Shown: positions 43,388-54,271, numbered from the stretch's first letter. The stretch is 64,000 bases of DNA from an uncultured Planctomycetaceae bacterium (GCA_963815195.1 CAWFGE010000015.1:608001-672000); one strand, 5' to 3'. A program made the numbers and translations. The notes: generated by a model from the letters alone, not told the origin.

Positions 43388-45532
43388 TCAATGATTCGTC
43401 GTGAATTCTTTCGAGGTCAACAGGCCCCACAGGAAATCTTCCATCACCGCCTCGCGCGATTCGTGTTCGGGAACCGCGGCGAACTGTTTGAGCCAAAACC
43501 TTTTTTCCTTCGGAGCCGGCACGCGGGCGAAAGCGCGGAGATAGAACTCGTTCAAGATGTCTTCATCGCCGGCGCCGGACTTTATGAGCAAATGCAAGCG
43601 GCCGTTTTGGGCGGCGAGTTTCTTGTTGAGGATGCCGCCGTTTAAGACGTGCAGCTTGGCGGCGAGGCTGGCGGTGTCGCCGGCGTTTGTCGAGGTTTCG
43701 CAATCTCCGCCGCGCTCGCAGCGGCCGAGCACGTCGAGGGCGCGGGATTCGATGTGCGGCGACACCAACGCGATGGCCCGCGTGCCGGGGGCGGTCTCGG
43801 GATAAGTTTCGGGACGGCCGGTCACGTCGGACCAGGCATCGACCAGAACCTCGGCCGCAAGCTTTCGCGGGGCTTGATGCGAATAGAACCGCTCATCCTG
43901 TCGATTGATTCCTGAAGGCTGAGAGCTGCGCTGGTAAGTTCGGCTGAGAGCGATCCGCCGCAGCGTGTGCCGGAGGTCGAACCCGTGGTCTGCAAAATCC
44001 GCGGCGAGGCGGTCGAGCAACTCGGGATGCGTGCTGGGGTTGGTCTGGCTGAGATCATCCGTCGGATCGACCAGGCCCCGGCCGAACATGGCCTGCCACA
44101 ACCGATTGACCAGCGCCCGGCTGAAATACGGATTGCCGGCGTCCGTCAACCACTTGGCCACGGGTTCGCGCAAATCTTCCTCGGCGGCCAGATCGCGGAC
44201 GCCGGGGATTCGCGGGACCGCCGGGTCGCCGGTTTTGGGATGAATCACATTCCCGAAGGCTTTCTGGCGAATCACCCGCCCGCGGTCCACCCGCGCGAAC
44301 ACCGCCGCGAAGCCGTGGTAGTCGTCCTGGGTCCAACGGTCCAAAGGGTGGTTGTGACAATTCGCGCAGCGGAGCCTCACGCCCAAAAACGCCTGGCTGA
44401 CGTACTCCGCCTGTCCCCGCGCATCGCCCGCCACGAGATAAAAATTCGCCGGCCCATATTCCAGCGGATCGCCATTCGCGGTGAGAAGCTCGCGGGCCAT
44501 TTCGTTCAACGGCCTTCGCGCCGCAATCTGGTCCCGCAGCCAGGCATGAAACACCTTGGCGTGTTCGAGTCCGCCCTTCGGCCCGCCCACCCGCAACAGC
44601 TCCGCCAGCCGAAACGTCCAATACTCGTTAAACGCCTCGGAATTGAGCAATTCCTCCACCAGTGCGCCACGCAGCCTTTCCGATTGTTCGGGCGATTGCC
44701 GCTCGGCTTTGAGGAACCGCGTCACCGTCTTCGGATCGGGAAGCCGGCCCGTGAGATCCAAGGTCACCCGCCGGATAAACGTGGCGGTATCCGCCGGCGG
44801 CGAGACCGGCAGGCGAAGATCGCCGAGCCGCTCGAGCACCGCTTCATCGATAAAGTTCTCGCGCGGCTCCCCGGGGAATTCCACCGGTTCATCGCCATAC
44901 GGGACGAGAACCTCAACGGGGACCACGCGGCTCAAGAAGCGGGCGATGATGATGTGCTGTCCCGGGCGCTGAATCGTGGCGGCATGGGTCACGGGATCGA
45001 TGGCGACCGCCGAGGGATCGGCGGGTTTCCACACAGTCCAGCGGGTGACATCCAGGAGGTTCTCGTTATCAAAGGCCGCTTGAGCGCGGAGCGGAATCGA
45101 TTCGCCGGCTTCGACGACCTGCGTTTCGGGGGTGACGACAAGCTCCCGCAGCTTGCGAGGATCGCCGCGCAGCGCACCGGCGGCGATCCAGTTTCGCAAC
45201 CGCTCGGCTCCCTCGGAATCGGCCGGCAGCGGGATGCCGCCTTCGTGGCCGGTTTCGCCCGTCGGTTTGCGGAGGATCAAACTTTGTTCGGGATGGGCGA
45301 GATTCACCCGCCGGCCTTCGAACTCGTGGACGATCGCTGCATAATCCGCCGACGGATCGCTGCCCCACAGCGACAAATGGAATCCCCCGCGCCCGGCCGC
45401 GGCTCCGTGGCAGGAACCGGCATTGCAGCCGGCTTTCGTCAACGCCGGCAGCACTTCCGTGTCAAAATGGGGCGCACCGGCCGGCGGAGAAGCCAAGGCC
45501 GAAATGGCAATCAGCGAGAAAGAAATCGACAT
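43388..45532 (-). CDS. DUF1549/DUF1553 domain protein
   Basis: GCNAGSCHG, NFIDE, FIRRVTLDLTGRLP, CANCHNHP, VNRLW..MFGRGLVDP, HPELLD. Confidence 0.92.
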   Translation of the reverse strand: MSISFSLIAISALASPPAGAPHFDTEVLPALTKAGCNAGSCHGAAAGRGGFHLSLWGSDPSADYAAIVHEFEGRRVNLAHPEQSLILRKPTGETGHEGGIPLPADSEGAERLRNWIAAGALRGDPRKLRELVVTPETQVVEAGESIPLRAQAAFDNENLLDVTRWTVWKPADPSAVAIDPVTHAATIQRPGQHIIIARFLSRVVPVEVLVPYGDEPVEFPGEPRENFIDEAVLERLGDLRLPVSPPADTATFIRRVTLDLTGRLPDPKTVTRFLKAERQSPEQSERLRGALVEELLNSEAFNEYWTFRLAELLRVGGPKGGLEHAKVFHAWLRDQIAARRPLNEMARELLTANGDPLEYGPANFYLVAGDARGQAEYVSQAFLGVRLRCANCHNHPLDRWTQDDYHGFAAVFARVDRGRVIRQKAFGNVIHPKTGDPAVPRIPGVRDLAAEEDLREPVAKWLTDAGNPYFSRALVNRLWQAMFGRGLVDPTDDLSQTNPSTHPELLDRLAADFADHGFDLRHTLRRIALSRTYQRSSQPSGINRQDERFYSHQAPRKLAAEVLVDAWSDVTGRPETYPETAPGTRAIALVSPHIESRALDVLGRCERGGDCETSTNAGDTASLAAKLHVLNGGILNKKLAAQNGRLHLLIKSGAGDEDILNEFYLRAFARVPAPKEKRFWLKQFAAVPEHESREAVMEDFLWGLLTSKEFTTNH

Positions 45533-45565
45533 CGTCTGGCTCGCAAACAGATTGGACGGAAGGCA

Positions 45566-46495
45566 TCAATCGCGGGACTGGCCGGGTCTCTGTTTCGGGG
45601 CATCGGCGGCGGGACGGGGCGTATCTTTGGGTCCATACGTTTTGCCCCATTCGCGGAGAGACTCTCGGGCTTTCGCCGTTCCGTAGTTGGACAGTTTATT
45701 CGCCGCTTCAATCCGCGAGATGATCGATCCCAATTGGGCCTGTGCGGCGGGTTTGTCTTTGATGTAGTCCTCGATTTGCCCGGCGATCTTTTTCACCTCT
45801 TCGTTGCTGGCATCCTTTTGAATGAACTGCCGCAAGAGGCCCGTGAGTTTTTCATCGTTGGCGTTTTGGCGAGGTGCCCGCTGCCGATTCCGCATGGCTT
45901 GGGGCTGGAGGTCGGCGAGTTTGGGGAGTTCGCCGCCCGCCGCCGCGACGACGGCTTTCATGATCTTGGGAAAATCCGCTTCCAGGCTCGGCTGCACGAG
46001 GGCGAAGTTCGCCGTCACGCGGCTTTTATCGGCGACGAGGATCGTCATCGTCACATTGCGGTTGAGGCCGTAGGCTCCGGGGCCTTCAATGCCGTCGGGA
46101 CTGTAAACCACGGGCATCCGCTTGGTCTGGGGGAAATACTTTTCGACCACGGAAAGCCAGTTTTCGGTTTCGGTGGGATCTGCAGAGAGCCAGATGATGC
46201 CCCCGGTGAGTTTGTCGTCTTTGCGTTTGGAGACATAGGTCATCAGAACGCGGGCCAGACCGAAAGCCGGCCGCGTCCGCTTGTGCAGAAACACCAACAG
46301 CCGGGGCCCTTCGCCCGCCGCCTTGTTGAGGTCCCATATCTTCCCGGCATCCTCGCCGTAGACGCCTTTGACGGAAAGTGGGGCCAACGCTTCGCCCGCT
46401 TGCGGGCCGGAGAAGATTTTTTGTTCGGCTTCTTCCGCCCGAATGGATGAAACCAAAATCCCCGTGAGCAACACGGAAAGGGTCAGTCTCCGCAT
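45566..46495 (-). CDS. Hypothetical secreted protein
   Basis: Signal peptide, FSGPQAGE motif; heads the DUF1549 operon. Confidence 0.75.
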   Translation of the reverse strand: MRRLTLSVLLTGILVSSIRAEEAEQKIFSGPQAGEALAPLSVKGVYGEDAGKIWDLNKAAGEGPRLLVFLHKRTRPAFGLARVLMTYVSKRKDDKLTGGIIWLSADPTETENWLSVVEKYFPQTKRMPVVYSPDGIEGPGAYGLNRNVTMTILVADKSRVTANFALVQPSLEADFPKIMKAVVAAAGGELPKLADLQPQAMRNRQRAPRQNANDEKLTGLLRQFIQKDASNEEVKKIAGQIEDYIKDKPAAQAQLGSIISRIEAANKLSNYGTAKARESLREWGKTYGPKDTPRPAADAPKQRPGQSRD

Positions 46496-46565
46496 GATGG
46501 CACCCCATGAAAAAATTGACGCCGAACTCGGTAAGACGTGAAGATTCAATATAGCACGATCGCAC

Positions 46566-47268
46566 TTATTTCGCGAGATCACGGCCGGCGGCTTGCTGCA
46601 TGCCTTCCTTGAGGAACTCGTTGACGATCTGCGGATGGGTCAAGGGCAAGAGATGCCCGCCGCCGGGCACGACGACCTCCGCGAGGCTCCGGCGGGAATG
46701 AAACACCGGATCGCGGTCGCCGTGGATTTGGAAGACCGGAAACGGCCACGGTTCGCGGGGCGGGGTCCAACGCAAGGCCGCCACGCCCGCCCAGCGGTGA
46801 AACGCCCCGGCCTCCTCGGCAATCACCCGGAGCGGGCTGAGCACGTTGGGCCGAAAAATCCGTCCGGAAACAGCCAAGGCCCCCCGCGCGAAAAGTTGCG
46901 AGACCTCCACGCAGATGCCGGGAATCGTCCGGGCGAACGGCGTCAGGCAGCGATACCGCCAGGGCAGTTCCCGCCGCGAGCGAATCGAACTGATGAGAAA
47001 GCAGCCCTTCGCGGGCAGATGCCGGGCGACTTCGAGCGCGACCATCCCGCCGAACGACGCCCCGCCGACGAAGCAGGGCTCGGTCACCTGAAGCGACTCC
47101 GCCATCCGTTTCCCATACGCCGACAGAGTTTCCCGCGGTCTCGGGCGGGAGCCACTCGGGCACGATGAGATTCGGGAACTGCATCGCCTGCAAACTAAAC
47201 AACCGCGCATCCGCCCCCATGCCGGAAAACAAAATCAAAGGAGCCGAGATGGAATCGCGAGGGGACAT
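46566..47268 (-). CDS. Alpha/beta hydrolase (frameshift near 47140)
   Basis: FSGMGADARLF, GASFGG, IHGDRD, GGHL. Confidence 0.85.
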
Positions 47269-47431
47269 GATGGAGTGGGAAGGTAAGTTCTCTTATGGTA
47301 AAGTCTGGGGGGGGAACGCAGCGGCGGCATCTTGCCGCCGTTTGGTCCATCTCGGCGGTTCGAAGCCGCCGCTACCGTCAAACGTTAATCTCTCAATCCT
47401 TCCTGAATCGATCAATCCTGGTGAGAGTCTT

Positions 47432-48454
47432 ATGACAGATCGCAGCCTTTATGCTGGTCTTTTTTCCCTCATCTTTGTTGGCTCCTCAACATTATCCGCG
47501 GCCGATTATACCGTGACGGAAACCGACGAGAAAATCCATCTCGATCTTCCGAAACTGGAAGCGACCATCAACAAGACCGGCTATGTATCGGGCGTGGCCA
47601 AACAGTCGTTTTTGGACAAGAAGACAGGAGTCCGCGATCCCGGCTTCGGGTTGGACATCGTCGATTGGATCATGGAGCCCGGCAGCGACGAGGCCTACCG
47701 CGACCAGCTCGATCCCGAACTCGTCTATCAATTCAACAACAGCTATCACGGCAGCCGGGCGAAACGGTCCATCGAAGGCCCGCAAATCTGCACGAAGGCC
47801 AAGCGGATTCAAAGCCAAGTCATCCAGGGCAAGGACTTCGTCGCGGTGAAGCTCTGGTTCCACTACCTGACGGCCGCTCCCGGAAAGAAGGCCGGTTCGC
47901 TGTGGACGCAGTGGCTCGTGTTTCCCGACGACACGCGGTATTTCTTTTCGATGGACCGCATCGATGCCGTCAACAGCAGCGAAGCCATGTTCCTCCGCAC
48001 GGACCTGCCGGGCCATATCAAGCACGCAAAAGGCGACTCCTTTACGCAGATCTATTTGAGCTATCTCGGCAAGATTCCTTCCAACAAGTTTCTGGAAAAC
48101 TTCGCCCCCGACGAAAAGTTCCATTACGTGCGAAACGACAAATCCATTCCGGAGCGGATGATCCGGGCGTACGAGCTCCGCGATCCGAAAACAAAAAAAA
48201 CCGGCCCCTGGCTCGCGGGCATGACACTCGATCCCGGAATTGTTTCCGAAGCCTGGTGCCATCAGCGCGGCTATGTGTGCATGATCCAGGAATTCGGCGG
48301 CCGCCCGATCAAAGCCGGCGAATCGTTTCAGGCGGCTTACATCATCGGCTATTTCGACAGCATCGACGAGATGCAGAAAGTCTATGACCGCTATAAAGGC
48401 GCGGTCGGACTCGAGGTGACAAAAGACGGCTGGAAATTGGTGAAAAAGCCCTGA
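47432..48454 (+). CDS. Hypothetical secreted protein
   Basis: Signal peptide; long ORF with host codon usage. Confidence 0.75.
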   Translation: MTDRSLYAGLFSLIFVGSSTLSAADYTVTETDEKIHLDLPKLEATINKTGYVSGVAKQSFLDKKTGVRDPGFGLDIVDWIMEPGSDEAYRDQLDPELVYQFNNSYHGSRAKRSIEGPQICTKAKRIQSQVIQGKDFVAVKLWFHYLTAAPGKKAGSLWTQWLVFPDDTRYFFSMDRIDAVNSSEAMFLRTDLPGHIKHAKGDSFTQIYLSYLGKIPSNKFLENFAPDEKFHYVRNDKSIPERMIRAYELRDPKTKKTGPWLAGMTLDPGIVSEAWCHQRGYVCMIQEFGGRPIKAGESFQAAYIIGYFDSIDEMQKVYDRYKGAVGLEVTKDGWKLVKKP

Positions 48455-48466
48455 AAGAGCGGATTC

Positions 48467-48536
48467 GTGAGCGGTTGGCGCTAGCCGCCGGCCTTCGTTT
48501 GGGTGGCATGCTCATGGCTTTTGCATGAGCATGTCC
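48467..48536. repeat. Adjacent arms of two REP families
   Basis: GTGAGCGGTTGGCGCTAGCCGCCGG followed by GGGTGGCATGCTCATGGCTTTTGCATGAGCATG. Confidence 0.8.
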
Positions 48537-48883
48537 TGGGATTCGAGAGAATCCCCGCTCCCTTACCCACTTGGAGGCTGACCGCGTCCGCTGTAGGAGT
48601 TTTTCCCAAATCCCTGCAGGAACAAGAGAAGTCTCCGCCGCGGGAGAGGAATCCGGAGGCTTGAGCTGGGTCGGAGAATGCGAACCAAAGCGCCATCCGA
48701 CAGATCCCAAAATCTGCCCCGCCGATTCGCCAGGCTTCCCAGGCTTCGCAACCGGATGCGGGATTTACCGGTTGTGCTGGTTGCGCTTCCGCAACCGTTC
48801 TCCCAGTTTTCCCAAGCGGAACGTTCCGGAAAATCGGACGAATAATTGACGTAACTATTCTAAGATTTCCCGGCCCGTGATGC

Positions 48884-48911
48884 TCAAGGGGTCTTCAAAG
48901 TCCCGCCGATA
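48884..48911 (+). promoter_or_regulatory. sigma28/FliA-like promoter motif
   Basis: TCAAG-N16-GCCGATA, ~340 nt upstream of the Cys-rich gene. Confidence 0.45.
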
Positions 48912-49253
48912 CCTTCCATCAGCCCTGCATAATCCGTTTGAGCGGGGCAACACTTTCAAGTCACCAACCGGCGGTTATTGGACGAGCGAATGGAACGCGG
49001 ACGGACCGCAAATCGCGACTCCCGCCGGATGTGGAAGTCTCGGCCAACGAGGCGAAAACGTTTTCGCCGTCCGGCTGACACCGAATCGTGGGTTCATTAG
49101 CGAACCGAAGCGGTGCGTATTGCGGGCGGTCGGAGTGGAGCAAACCGCGGTATCCATGAAGATGCCGTCTTGCGAAACCACCGTAGCCCACGGTCGCGGA
49201 TTGGCCATTGACGGCCCTCGAAAAAAGGTCCCAAGGGAAGGAGACTTTAACCC

Positions 49254-51350
49254 ATGAAATGGATGAGAACCATGAGCCTGACTGCCGCTCTCTCGCTGGG
49301 ATTTGCCAGCGCGGTCTCGGCGGCGGGCTTGCTTGGCTCGATTTGCAATCAAAATACAGGTTGCGCGTCGCAGCCTTGCGGATCGGTGATTTCCAAGCCT
49401 TGCTGTGTCAACACCTACACCTATCAACGCCAGGCCGCGTGCAACGCGGGCTGCGGCACCAGTTGTGCCACCCAAACGAAAAGAAGCTGCAACATTTTCA
49501 ACTGCCTGTTTGGAAAGAAACGCAGGACCTCCTGCGGCGCGGCCGGTTGTGCAACGAACTCCGCGTGCGCTCCCGTGCAAAAGCCGCTGTGCAGCACGAA
49601 CGCCTGCGCGACGCAGCCCAAGAAATCGTGCGGCTTGTTCTCCTGCCTGATGGGCAAACACAAGCCCAACTGCGGAAGCACCGGCTGTGCGACCCAGTCC
49701 ACGAAGTCTTGGAACCTGTTTAACTGCTTCAAGCACAACAAACCCGCCTGCGGAAGCACCGGCTGCGCTCCCACGAGCGTGTGTGCTCCAATCAGCCGAC
49801 CGGCCTGCACGACCCCGGCCTGTGCCACCCAACCGAAATCGGGCGGTCTGTTTGACTGCTTCAAGCACAAATCCTCCGCTTGCGGAAGCACCTCCTGCGG
49901 TCCCGCCGGCTGTGCGACGCAACCGAAATCGGGCGGTCTGTTCGACTGCTTCAAGCACAAGTCTTCGGCTTGTGGAAGCACCGGCTGCGGCCCGACCGGC
50001 TGTGCCACCCAACCGAAATCGGGCGGACTGTTCGACTGCTTCAAGCACAAATCTTCCGCTTGCGGAAGCACCTCCTGCGGTCCCGCGGGCTGTGCGACGC
50101 AACCGAGATCGGGCGGTCTGTTCGACTGCTTCAAGCACAAATCTTCCGCTTGCGGAAGCACCTCCTGCGGTCCCGCGGGCTGTGCCACCCAACCGAAATC
50201 GGGCGGACTGTTCGACTGCTTCAAGCACAAGTCCTCCGCTTGCGGCAGCACCTCCTGCGGTCCCGCGGGCTGTGCGACGCAACCGAAATCGGGCGGACTG
50301 TTCGACTGCTTCAAGCACAAATCCTCCGCTTGCGGCAGCACGTCCTGCGGCCCGACCGGCTGTGCGACCCAGCCCAAATCGACTTGCAATCTGTTCGACT
50401 GCTTCAAGCACAAGTCGTCCGCTTGCGGCAGCACGTCCTGTGCTCCGATGGCGCAACCGGGCTGCACGACCTCGGCCTGTGCCACCCAACCGAAGTCTCA
50501 CGGCTTGTTCGATTGCTTCAAAGGCAAAGGCTCCCTGTGCGGAACCAAATCCTGCGGAAGCAACGCCGGCTGCGTAAACGGCGGCTGCGCCTCGGGCCAA
50601 TCCCGCGTGTGCGACGCCAATCCCTGCGACATCGCCCAACTGATCTACACCTCTCAAACCGCCTGCTATGCCTGGCAACGGCGGAGCGCGGTGGACGATC
50701 TGGGCGACTATGACGCGATCTGCAATCCCGAAGTGATGGTCGCGTTGATCTATGCCTTGAACGACTCTTCGGAAAAAGTTCGCTCGGAAGCCGCCGATGA
50801 AATCGGCGACCTGCTCGAGGACGGCAGAGCTTGCTGCAGCCCGCAAGTGGTCTCGGCGCTGACCTGTGCCCTCGGCGATTGCGACTGGTGCGTTCGCCGG
50901 CAAGCCAAAGAAGCCCTGGAAGAATGCGGATACGAAGTCGAAGGCGCCGGCTGCTCGCTGTGCTCGCTGTTCGGCGGAAACAAATGCGGCACGAGCTGCG
51001 GCGCGAGCGGTTGCGGCACGAGCGGTTGCGGCACGAGCGGCTGCGGCGCCCAATGCGGCACCGGCTGCACCAACGGCCAGCCGCCGATTCAGTATCAACC
51101 GGCTCCGACTCAACCGGCTCCGGCCCAGCCCCAAGCCCAACCGATGCCGAACGCTCAGCCCATGCCCAAGGCGAACCCGATGCCCAAGGTTCAACCGAAA
51201 CCGACGCCGGCTGTCAAGCCCGAAGCCAAAACCACGAGCATCCGGCCGCTGCCGCCGGCTCCGAGCAAAGACATCAGCACCGAATACTATCCTTCCCGCG
51301 TTGGCTCACGCCAAAACCGCTTGGAAGATTTGTTTAGTACTCCCAACTAA
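49254..51350 (+). CDS. Secreted Cys-rich tandem-repeat protein with a HEAT-like domain and Pro/Gln tail
   Basis: AAGGAG RBS, signal peptide, 30-aa repeats, ALNDSSEKVRSEAADEIG and ALGDCDWCVRRQAKEAL HEAT-like motifs. Confidence 0.85.
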   Translation: MKWMRTMSLTAALSLGFASAVSAAGLLGSICNQNTGCASQPCGSVISKPCCVNTYTYQRQAACNAGCGTSCATQTKRSCNIFNCLFGKKRRTSCGAAGCATNSACAPVQKPLCSTNACATQPKKSCGLFSCLMGKHKPNCGSTGCATQSTKSWNLFNCFKHNKPACGSTGCAPTSVCAPISRPACTTPACATQPKSGGLFDCFKHKSSACGSTSCGPAGCATQPKSGGLFDCFKHKSSACGSTGCGPTGCATQPKSGGLFDCFKHKSSACGSTSCGPAGCATQPRSGGLFDCFKHKSSACGSTSCGPAGCATQPKSGGLFDCFKHKSSACGSTSCGPAGCATQPKSGGLFDCFKHKSSACGSTSCGPTGCATQPKSTCNLFDCFKHKSSACGSTSCAPMAQPGCTTSACATQPKSHGLFDCFKGKGSLCGTKSCGSNAGCVNGGCASGQSRVCDANPCDIAQLIYTSQTACYAWQRRSAVDDLGDYDAICNPEVMVALIYALNDSSEKVRSEAADEIGDLLEDGRACCSPQVVSALTCALGDCDWCVRRQAKEALEECGYEVEGAGCSLCSLFGGNKCGTSCGASGCGTSGCGTSGCGAQCGTGCTNGQPPIQYQPAPTQPAPAQPQAQPMPNAQPMPKANPMPKVQPKPTPAVKPEAKTTSIRPLPPAPSKDISTEYYPSRVGSRQNRLEDLFSTPN
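49821..50360 (+). repeat. 90-bp coding tandem repeat x6 (plus degenerate flanking units)
   Basis: Units encode CATQPKSGGLFDCFKHKSSACGSTSCGPAG, with mostly synonymous variation. Confidence 0.95.
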
Positions 51351-51419
51351 CGCTCCACGGTTCTTGCCGGCCCTCGGCCCACCTGCCGAGGCGTCTGGGC
51401 AAGTTTTCCAACCCTCGAA

Positions 51420-51453
51420 GGCTCCCGGATTTCCGAATCCGGGAGCCGATTTT
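51420..51453 (+). terminator. Terminator-like hairpin
   Basis: GGCTCCCGGATT...AATCCGGGAGCC followed by GATTTT. Confidence 0.55.
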
Positions 51454-51584
51454 CGTTGTGGGAGGAGGGAGAATGTGCAAAAATCGCGAAACCAAGCCCC
51501 TCCGCATGGTTTTCATCCCGGGCCAGACCTGCTAAAACTTGCGGTTCGAAATCTTGAAGCGGTCCATCCTTCCGAGGTCGTCCC

Positions 51585-51770
51585 ATGGCTGTCCCTAAGC
51601 GTCGTCAATCCAAATCCCGGAGCCGAAAACGCCGGTCCCATAACCGCGTGGAAGCCCCGCAAGTCAGCGGCTGCCCGCAGTGCGGCACGAAACGCCCCAC
51701 CCACGTCGTCTGCCCGAACTGCGGCTTTTACATGGGCCGCATCCTCGCCCCGCCGATCGAAGAAGATTAG
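51585..51770 (+). CDS. rpmF: 50S ribosomal protein L32
   Basis: MAVPKRRQSKSRSRKRRSH, CPQCG...HVVCPNCGFY. Confidence 0.97.
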   Translation: MAVPKRRQSKSRSRKRRSHNRVEAPQVSGCPQCGTKRPTHVVCPNCGFYMGRILAPPIEED

Positions 51771-51860
51771 GGATCACTCCATCGTCGCCTGGATGAGCCG
51801 CAGGGCGCTAGCCCCGGTTGATTGGAATAACCGGACCCGGTTCGCTCGATTCACGCCACG

Positions 51861-54159
51861 CTAACGCGTTCCGGCCGCTGAATCCGGTTGGACCAAACCG
51901 GCTTGCAAAATCGCCTCCACCGTCCGGCGGGCGACCGGGCCGGCATTTTTGCCGCCAGAGCCGGCGTGCTCCAACACGATCGCAAACGCGTATTTCGGGC
52001 GGTCCGCGGGAACATAGCCCGCGAACCACGCATGATCGGGCTTCCCGCCGCCGACTTCCGCCGTTCCGGTTTTCCCCGCGATTTTAACCTCCGGCATCCG
52101 CACGGTTTTATATCCCGTGCCTTTGGGATGGGCGACGACCATCTCCAAGCCTTCCCGCACCCGCGCGAGCGTGCCTTCCGTCAAACCCGGAATCGGCCGC
52201 GGCTCGGGAATTGCAATCCGCGGGGTTTCTTCTCCCGCTGTCAGCCGCGCCGGGCCGAAACGTTCCACCAGATGCGGCGTGACGAGAAACCCGTCGTTCG
52301 CAACCGCCGCCATCACGCGGGCCATCTGCAAAGGCGTCACCGTCAGCCGGGATTGCCCAATCGCCAGGCCCAACGTATCCCCCGGATACCAGGTCGATGC
52401 GGACTTTTGAGATTCAAAAGCCGCCTGCACAATCGCGGCTTCCGTTGGCCCAGGACTTGGCGGCTGCGGCAGATGGCCCGTGGCTTCGCCGGGCAGATCG
52501 ATCCCCGTCTCCCGCCCGATGCCGAACCGCTCGGCCCATTCCACCAGCGGCCGCGGTCCGACTTTTCTCGCCCCTTGGAAGAAATACACATTGCACGACT
52601 CGCAGATCGCCCGGCTGAGATCGAGATCGCCGTGCCCCACGCCGTAATGGCTGTAAACATAACAGCGGTGCCGATCCGGGCGATCGAGAAAGCCCTGGCA
52701 GTGGCGGGTTGCGTCGGGATCGAACGTTCCGCTTTCCAGAAGCGCCACCGCGGTCACGGTCTTGAACACCGAACCCGGCGCGACCGCCATGCTCGTCGCC
52801 CGGTGAAACAACGGCCGGCGGGGATCGGATCGAATCGCGGCCCACTGCTCCGGCGTCGGATGCTGGAGTGCCTTGAGCGAAAACCGAGGCGACGACACCG
52901 CCGCGACGACCGCTCCCGTGCGGACATCCAAGACAATCAAACTCGCCCCGGCACTTGCCGGTCTGGGAGTGCTCGGGGTTTCGGGTTCCGGAACCGGTTC
53001 CGTCTCGGAGATTGGGATCCGGATTGGACGCCAGGTGCCGGTCGAGCATCTGCTCGAGCCGTTCTTGCAGGTTGGCGTGGAGCGTCAGCACCAGGTCGCC
53101 GCCGGCCCGCGGAGACCGCACCAGTTCCGTGCGGATGATCTCGCCCCGCCGATTCCTGACGACCCGGCGTCGGCCGCGGAGTCCGTGCAAGTGGTGGTCG
53201 TACATCCGCTCCAAGCCCATCCGCCCCCCGCGGTCGCCGACTTCGTATGCCGCCGGATCACGCCCCGAGAATCGAGCCTTTCGCTCCTGGGCTTCCTCGG
53301 TGGTCAAAGGCTTTCGCACGCCGATGAGATGCGCCGCCAATTGGTCCTCCGGATAATCCCTCCAGGAGAGGATGTCGATTTCAAGCCCCGGATAGAGTTC
53401 GGGATGCGATTCGATCTCCGCGACGGCGGACAGGGAAATCCCCGTGAGCAGCGGATGACAATCCTGCTCTTCCCTGATGACGAGCGGATCGCGAACCTGC
53501 CGGGCCGGCGGCGTGGTGATCGACTGCGAAAACAAATCCCACAACCGCCGCCACGCGGGTTGGCCCGTCCCCTCCTGCGAAATTGCGGAAGGCATCTCCC
53601 GTTGTCGGCGGCGTTTTTCCACCAAGGCGACGATGCCTTCCACCCGGCTTTGGATTTCCGTCCGTTCCTCTGCAAGCTCTCTGAGGGAACGCCCTGTGAG
53701 CTGGGCGAGGCGACTCCACATCGCTTCGCGATCTTTCAGAATCTGCCGCTTGACCTCGGCGATCCGCTCGGGGTTTCGCCATTCGTTCCGCGAAAGCCGC
53801 GCGAGAGCCTGGGCTTTGAGCCACGCGGAATCGGCCGGTTCTTCCAGCCAGCGGTAATGCACCTTGACCGTGAACTGCTGCCGATCTGTCGCGAGCACCC
53901 GCCCATCCGCGGACAACAGCCGCCCATCCCGGCTGGGCACGGATTCGTAACTCGCATAGGTTTGCTCGAACGGTTTCGCGAACCGCTCCGCCGTCGAGGT
54001 CTGCAAATAAGCGACGCGTCCGCCGATGATGACCAAAGGCAAAAGCATCAAGCCCGCAAGCCAGGTCAACCGCAGCGCCGGCCGCGCATCGGTTTCCCAA
54101 CGCCCGTCCCGCGTTTTGGGAGCCGACTCCGCGAACACATTCGTCAAACGATTCAACAT
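51861..54159 (-). CDS. mrdA: Penicillin-binding protein 2-like transpeptidase (frameshift near 52945)
   Basis: PGSVFK (SxxK), SCN (SxN), GKTGTA; N-terminal TM and dimerisation domain; follows mreD. Confidence 0.85.
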
Positions 54160-54271
54160 GCCAACGTTTCACGGCGAGGGTGTGATGACCGGAAGAGCCG
54201 CGCACGAAGTAAGCGGTCGGACGACATCTCGATTCAATCCCGCTGACTTCGTGCGCGGCTCTCTTGACTTT

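Noticed and set aside
49821..50450. Multi-core RiPP precursor
   Set aside because: No modifying enzymes, dedicated protease or exporter lie nearby, and the repeats sit within a larger multidomain protein.
48975..51194. 739-aa reverse-strand ORF and other overlapping repeat ORFs
   Set aside because: These are shadows of the repetitive Cys-rich gene; the + strand frame has the RBS, signal peptide and synonymous-biased repeat variation.
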